Shown one piece after another: positions 6,477 through 10,135 of a stretch of 10,135 nucleotides of DNA. Source of the DNA: Promethearchaeota archaeon (GTDB lineage Archaea > Asgardarchaeota > Lokiarchaeia > Sigyniarchaeales > SOKP01); NCBI GenBank assembly GCA_016926735.1, contig JAFGOA010000055.1, positions 1-10,135 on the forward strand. Direction: 5' to 3'. The translations under genes were made by a program, and so were the position numbers. Position 1 is the first letter of the stretch. Every line of letters starts with the position of its first letter. Under the pieces are notes generated by a model. The model did no database searches. It had not been told where the DNA came from and was given only the letters and a program-made list of their open reading frames with translations.

Positions 6477-7670
6477 ATGAACTGGGAAAATTATACGAGC
6501 TTACCTGAAATATTTCAAAACCAAAGAATATTTGATGGATGTGGTATTTCTGGTTTTCTAAATATAGATGGAAAACGTGAAAGTGGAAAAAAAGTTAGGG
6601 ATATGTTATGCATTCTCCATGATCGAGAAAATGGATTAGGTGCTGGTTATGCCGGTTATGGGATCTATCCTGATTATAAAGATTATTATGCATTTCATTT
6701 CTTATTCGATGATGAGAAAAGTAAAGAGAACGTATTATCTCATTTAGAAAAAATGGGTTATATAATTCTCTCCGAAGCTATACCTACAAAAATAGTACCA
6801 AATTTGGATAATCCGCCTATTATCTGGAGAGTATTTTATGAACCAAAAAAGTTGAAAAACACTTCTGATGATGAACAGATAATATCATTAGTTATGAATA
6901 TTAATGCTAATTTTGATGGGGCATTTGTAATGTCTTCTGGAAAAAATATGGGTGTTTTTAAAGGAAATGGTTGGTCTCACGAAATTGCAGATTATTATAA
7001 AATAGAGGATTATAAAGCTTATATGTGGCTTGCCCATAGTAGATTTCCGACCAATACTCCTGGTTGGTGGGGCGGAGCCCATCCGTTTAATCTCCTTGGT
7101 ACATCTGTTGTTCATAATGGTGAAATAACCTCTTATGGTACTAATAAACGGTATCTTGAATCATTTGGCTATAAATGTACCTTATTTACTGATACTGAAG
7201 TTATCGCATATTTATTTGATTTATTAGTTAGAAGGCATAAATTACCTATATCGATAGCAAGCTTAGCTTTGGCTCCGCCATTATTTAATGACATTGAAAG
7301 AATGAGTAGTGATTTCAAAATAACATTAAAAAATATAAGAGCTACATATCGTTCAGCAATGCTTAATGGTCCATTTTCGATTGTTGTAGGACAAAACAGT
7401 CCAAAGCCTACAATGATAGGATTATCTGATCGAAAAAAATTAAGACCCTTAGTAGCAGCAATATCTAATGATGAGAATTGTATATATCTAAGCAGTGAAG
7501 AAGCAAGCTTTCAAAGATTAATGTTAAATGAAGAATTTAAAAATGAATTTAAAGAAATTTGGCATCCAAAAAGTGGAACTGCAATAATTGCCCGCCTTGG
7601 AGATGGTCTAATAAGAAAGGGTTTAGAAAAACCATTAGAAAAAATAAAATTATCAATTGTAGGAGGTTAA
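6477..7670 (+). CDS. Glutamate synthase subunit, class II (Ntn) glutamine amidotransferase domain (GltB1-like)
   Basis: Motifs DGCGISG (nucleophile Cys, codon 6540), HDRENGLGAGYAGYG, SSGKNMGVFKG, AHSRFPTNTPGWWGGAHPF, VHNGEITSYG, TDTEV, LNGPFS and DRKKLRPL. ATG 6477 is 1 nt after the hdrBC stop, with GAGG at 6464-6467, so it is preferred over 6453. Confidence 0.92.
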   Translation: MNWENYTSLPEIFQNQRIFDGCGISGFLNIDGKRESGKKVRDMLCILHDRENGLGAGYAGYGIYPDYKDYYAFHFLFDDEKSKENVLSHLEKMGYIILSEAIPTKIVPNLDNPPIIWRVFYEPKKLKNTSDDEQIISLVMNINANFDGAFVMSSGKNMGVFKGNGWSHEIADYYKIEDYKAYMWLAHSRFPTNTPGWWGGAHPFNLLGTSVVHNGEITSYGTNKRYLESFGYKCTLFTDTEVIAYLFDLLVRRHKLPISIASLALAPPLFNDIERMSSDFKITLKNIRATYRSAMLNGPFSIVVGQNSPKPTMIGLSDRKKLRPLVAAISNDENCIYLSSEEASFQRLMLNEEFKNEFKEIWHPKSGTAIIARLGDGLIRKGLEKPLEKIKLSIVGG

Positions 7671-7673
7671 AAA

Positions 7674-9197
7674 ATGTCATTAGAGCATAATATACCAAGT
7701 TATTTTCGAGTAAAAATTGATACTAAATATTGTAAAAAATGTAAAAGATGTGTTTCTCATTGTAGCTATGGAGCACTTTCCTTTAATAATGAAAAAATAG
7801 TATCTGATGATTCAAAATGTGTAGCTTGTAATCGATGTGCTGCTATGTGTCCTGGAAAAGCAATTCGAATAGTTAAGGATGAATCTTGCTTGCCTCCTCA
7901 TGGAAATTACACTCGCAGAATACGGAATATTATTTGGGCACAATCAGGTTCTGGAGGTGTTCTTTTAAGCGCTACCGGAAATGATCGTCCCATCAGAAAT
8001 ATTTTTGATGACTTATTACTTGATGCTTGTCAAGTTACTAATCCATCCATTGATCCACTCAGAGAATCTATTGAAACTAAAATATTTTTTGGTAGAAAAC
8101 CGCAAAGACTTGATTTTGAAACAGATTCTTTAGATCCTGAAAAAATATCCCTTAAGACAGAATTTCTTCCAAATTTCGAAATAGATATGCCCTTGATGGT
8201 TGGACATATGAGTTTGGGATCAATAAGTTATAATGCTTGTATGGCAATTTATCAAGCAGTCAATGAATTAAATATATTAGCTGGTTCTGGAGAAGGGGGA
8301 TTACATCCTGATTTTTATGAATATGGAAAAAATATAATAACCGAAGTTGCTTCCGGAAGATTTGGAGTGGATATCAAATATCTACAAAATACAGCAGGTT
8401 TGGAGATAAAAATAGGTCAAGGTGCAAAACCTGGGCATGGTGGGCATTTACCTGGAGAAAAAGTAAATAGCTTAATATCACAAACTCGGATGATCCCAAA
8501 AGGTTCTGATGCATTAAGTCCATATCCTCATCATGATATCTATTCTATAGAAGATCTTGCCCAATTAATCGCAGCACTAAAAGAAGCAACAAGATATAAA
8601 GTTCCAATTGGTGTAAAAATTGCTGCTGTTCATAATAGTGCACCAATTGCTGTGGGAATTGTAAGGGGTGGTGCTGATTTTATTTCTATTGATGGTTTTA
8701 GAGGAGGTACTGGCGCCGCTCCAAGAATTATTCGAGATCATGCGGGAATTCCTATAGAACTTGCAATAGCTTCTGTAGATCAAAGACTTCGACAAGAAGG
8801 TTTAAGAGATCAAGTAACGATTGTAGCAGGAGGATCAATACGTTATTCTGCAGATTTAATCAAAGCTATAGCTTTAGGTGCTGATGTTGGAATGGTTGGT
8901 ATGCCCGTTTTAATAGCACTAGGGTGTAGAGTTTGCCAACAATGCTTTAGAGGCTTATGCAGTTGGGGAATTGCTACTCAAAAACCTTATTTGGTAAAAA
9001 GATTAGATATTGATGTTGCTAGAAATAGATTAATCAATCTTTTCCATTCATGGAATGAAGAATTAAAGGAAATTTTAGGAGCAATGGGTATTGATTCTGT
9101 TGAATCTTTAAGATCAAATAGAGATAGATTACGATACATCGGCCCAAATCCAAAAATTGCAGATATTTTAAATGTAAAACATGCAGGTGAAATATAA
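7674..9197 (+). CDS. Glutamate synthase subunit, 2x[4Fe-4S] ferredoxin + FMN-binding synthase domain (GltB2-like, archaeal type)
   Basis: Ferredoxin motifs CKKCKRCVSHC and CVACNRCAAMCP; synthase motifs QVTNPSIDPLRE, MSLGSIS, GSGEGG, VASGRFGV, EIKIGQGAKPGHGGHLPGEKV, HHDIYSIEDL, DGFRGGTGAAP and KAIALGAD; Fe-S motif GCRVCQQCFRGLCSWGIATQ. SD AGGAGG at 7661-7666. Confidence 0.95.
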   Translation: MSLEHNIPSYFRVKIDTKYCKKCKRCVSHCSYGALSFNNEKIVSDDSKCVACNRCAAMCPGKAIRIVKDESCLPPHGNYTRRIRNIIWAQSGSGGVLLSATGNDRPIRNIFDDLLLDACQVTNPSIDPLRESIETKIFFGRKPQRLDFETDSLDPEKISLKTEFLPNFEIDMPLMVGHMSLGSISYNACMAIYQAVNELNILAGSGEGGLHPDFYEYGKNIITEVASGRFGVDIKYLQNTAGLEIKIGQGAKPGHGGHLPGEKVNSLISQTRMIPKGSDALSPYPHHDIYSIEDLAQLIAALKEATRYKVPIGVKIAAVHNSAPIAVGIVRGGADFISIDGFRGGTGAAPRIIRDHAGIPIELAIASVDQRLRQEGLRDQVTIVAGGSIRYSADLIKAIALGADVGMVGMPVLIALGCRVCQQCFRGLCSWGIATQKPYLVKRLDIDVARNRLINLFHSWNEELKEILGAMGIDSVESLRSNRDRLRYIGPNPKIADILNVKHAGEI

Positions 9198-9201
9198 TAA
9201 A

Positions 9202-10035
9202 ATGACAGAAAATATTACCAAAGAAAAAAAAAGGATAAATAACAATAATAATCCAATTACGATTAATTGTGCGCCAAATGGCGACCCGCTAGATTATCGA
9301 GTATTGAATGAAGAAATACATCAATCTCTAAATTCAGGATATAATAAAATTATTCTAAATAATGTCTGTGGTCAAAGATTTATCGGGGCGTCTCTTCAAG
9401 GCGATTTAGAAATAGAGATTAATGGAGTTCCTGGAAATGATTTAGGAATCTTTATGGATGGACCAAAAATAACAGTGAATGGTAGTTGTGAAGATCAAGC
9501 AGGAAACACAATGAATGATGGTACAATTATTATTCATGGAGATGGTGGTGATGTTATTGGATTATCAGCTAGAGGTGGTAAAATTTACATAAAAAAAAAT
9601 GTTGGGTATAGAGTAGGAATTCACATTAAAGAATATGAAAGAAAATATCCTGTAATTATTATTGGGGGGACTGCTCGAGATTTTTTAGGTGAATATATGG
9701 CTGGTGGTCTGGTTGTTGTTCTTGGCTTAAAATTTTTACCAAATGGAAAGATTATAGAAAATGATATGTCTATCTGTGGAAATGAGTTAGGAACTGGAAT
9801 ACACAGAGGAAAAATAATTTTAAGAACAGAAGAAGATTTGGAACCAAAATTAGGAGTAGGAGCCAAATTATTTACGCCTGATGAAATTGAATTAAAACAA
9901 ATTGAGATATATCTTAAAGAATATTGTAGAATCTTTAACATTCCTTATGAATTAATAACTCAAAAACCATTTAAAGGAGTAATACCTATTTCAAAACGAC
10001 CCTTTGCTGGGAGTTACTGTGGACAGTTGATATAA
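9202..10035 (+). CDS. Glutamate synthase subunit, GXGXG beta-helix domain (GltB3-like)
   Basis: Motifs NVCGQRFIG, INGVPGNDLGIFMDG, EDQAGNTMNDG, IHGDGGDVIG, NVGYRVGIHIKEY, ARDFLGEYMAGG and GTGIHRGKI. ATG 9202 follows the gltB2 stop (9197) and SD AGGTGA (9185-9190), so it is preferred over 9181. Confidence 0.92.
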   Translation: MTENITKEKKRINNNNNPITINCAPNGDPLDYRVLNEEIHQSLNSGYNKIILNNVCGQRFIGASLQGDLEIEINGVPGNDLGIFMDGPKITVNGSCEDQAGNTMNDGTIIIHGDGGDVIGLSARGGKIYIKKNVGYRVGIHIKEYERKYPVIIIGGTARDFLGEYMAGGLVVVLGLKFLPNGKIIENDMSICGNELGTGIHRGKIILRTEEDLEPKLGVGAKLFTPDEIELKQIEIYLKEYCRIFNIPYELITQKPFKGVIPISKRPFAGSYCGQLI

Positions 10036-10076
10036 CCTTCAAATTATTTATAAAAATTTAGTAATTTTGGGTATGA

Positions 10077-10133
10077 TTAATTTATATTAGAAGATTCATA
10101 ATATTGCTCTATTACCGTTGGAGAGACAATTAT
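10077..10133 (-). CDS. Possible 3' end of a convergent gene entering from beyond the window
   Basis: A minus-strand frame is open from the window edge: IIVSPTVIEQYYESSNIN* (TAA at 10079-10077), with slightly higher GC than the spacer. It is too short to identify. Confidence 0.3.
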   Translation of the reverse strand: MIVSPTVIEQYYESSNIN

Positions 10134-10135
10134 AG

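Noticed and set aside
9238-9252. Asn5 run (AAT/AAC) near the GltB3 N-terminus
   Set aside because: A short low-complexity tract expected in an AT-rich genome; not a meaningful repeat.
6888-9941. Minus-strand ORFs 6888-7115, 8577-8795 and 9621-9941
   Set aside because: Antisense shadows within gltB1, gltB2 and gltB3.
6477-10035. N-methylglutamate synthase (MgsABC) instead of glutamate synthase
   Set aside because: The gene order (amidotransferase-FMN-GXGXG), the N-terminal 2x[4Fe-4S] domain and the QVTNPSIDPLRE motif fit archaeal-type split GltB, and no methylamine-utilisation genes are in view. It cannot be fully excluded without a phylogeny.
1-10135. CRISPR array, tRNA/rRNA or mobile element
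   Set aside because: I saw no spaced direct repeats, cloverleaf, transposase/integrase motifs or terminal repeats.

Overview
AT-rich window that looks archaeal: TATA/BRE-like promoters, oligo-T terminators, an Hdr-type gene and a split glutamate synthase. An anaerobic archaeon such as an Asgard/Lokiarchaeia-like lineage is plausible, but that is inference only. Left to right it holds: a fused GMP synthase (guaA, +); a convergent, signal-peptide-bearing C45-like Ntn hydrolase (-); a stand-alone glutamate-synthase FMN-domain protein with an N-terminal Cys cluster (-); a ~490 bp divergent intergenic region containing a GC-enriched, self-complementary ~65 nt island; and a tightly coupled four-gene + strand operon. 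That operon encodes an HdrB-HdrC fusion followed by a three-part glutamate synthase (GltB1 amidotransferase, GltB2 ferredoxin/FMN subunit, GltB3 GXGXG subunit). The main point of interest is that the operon has no GltD/NAD(P)H or F420 electron-input subunit in view. Instead it begins with a complete heterodisulfide-reductase catalytic module, which suggests a thiol/disulfide-coupled glutamate synthase. The hdrBC gene also lacks an in-frame ATG/GTG/TTG upstream of its first conserved cysteine.
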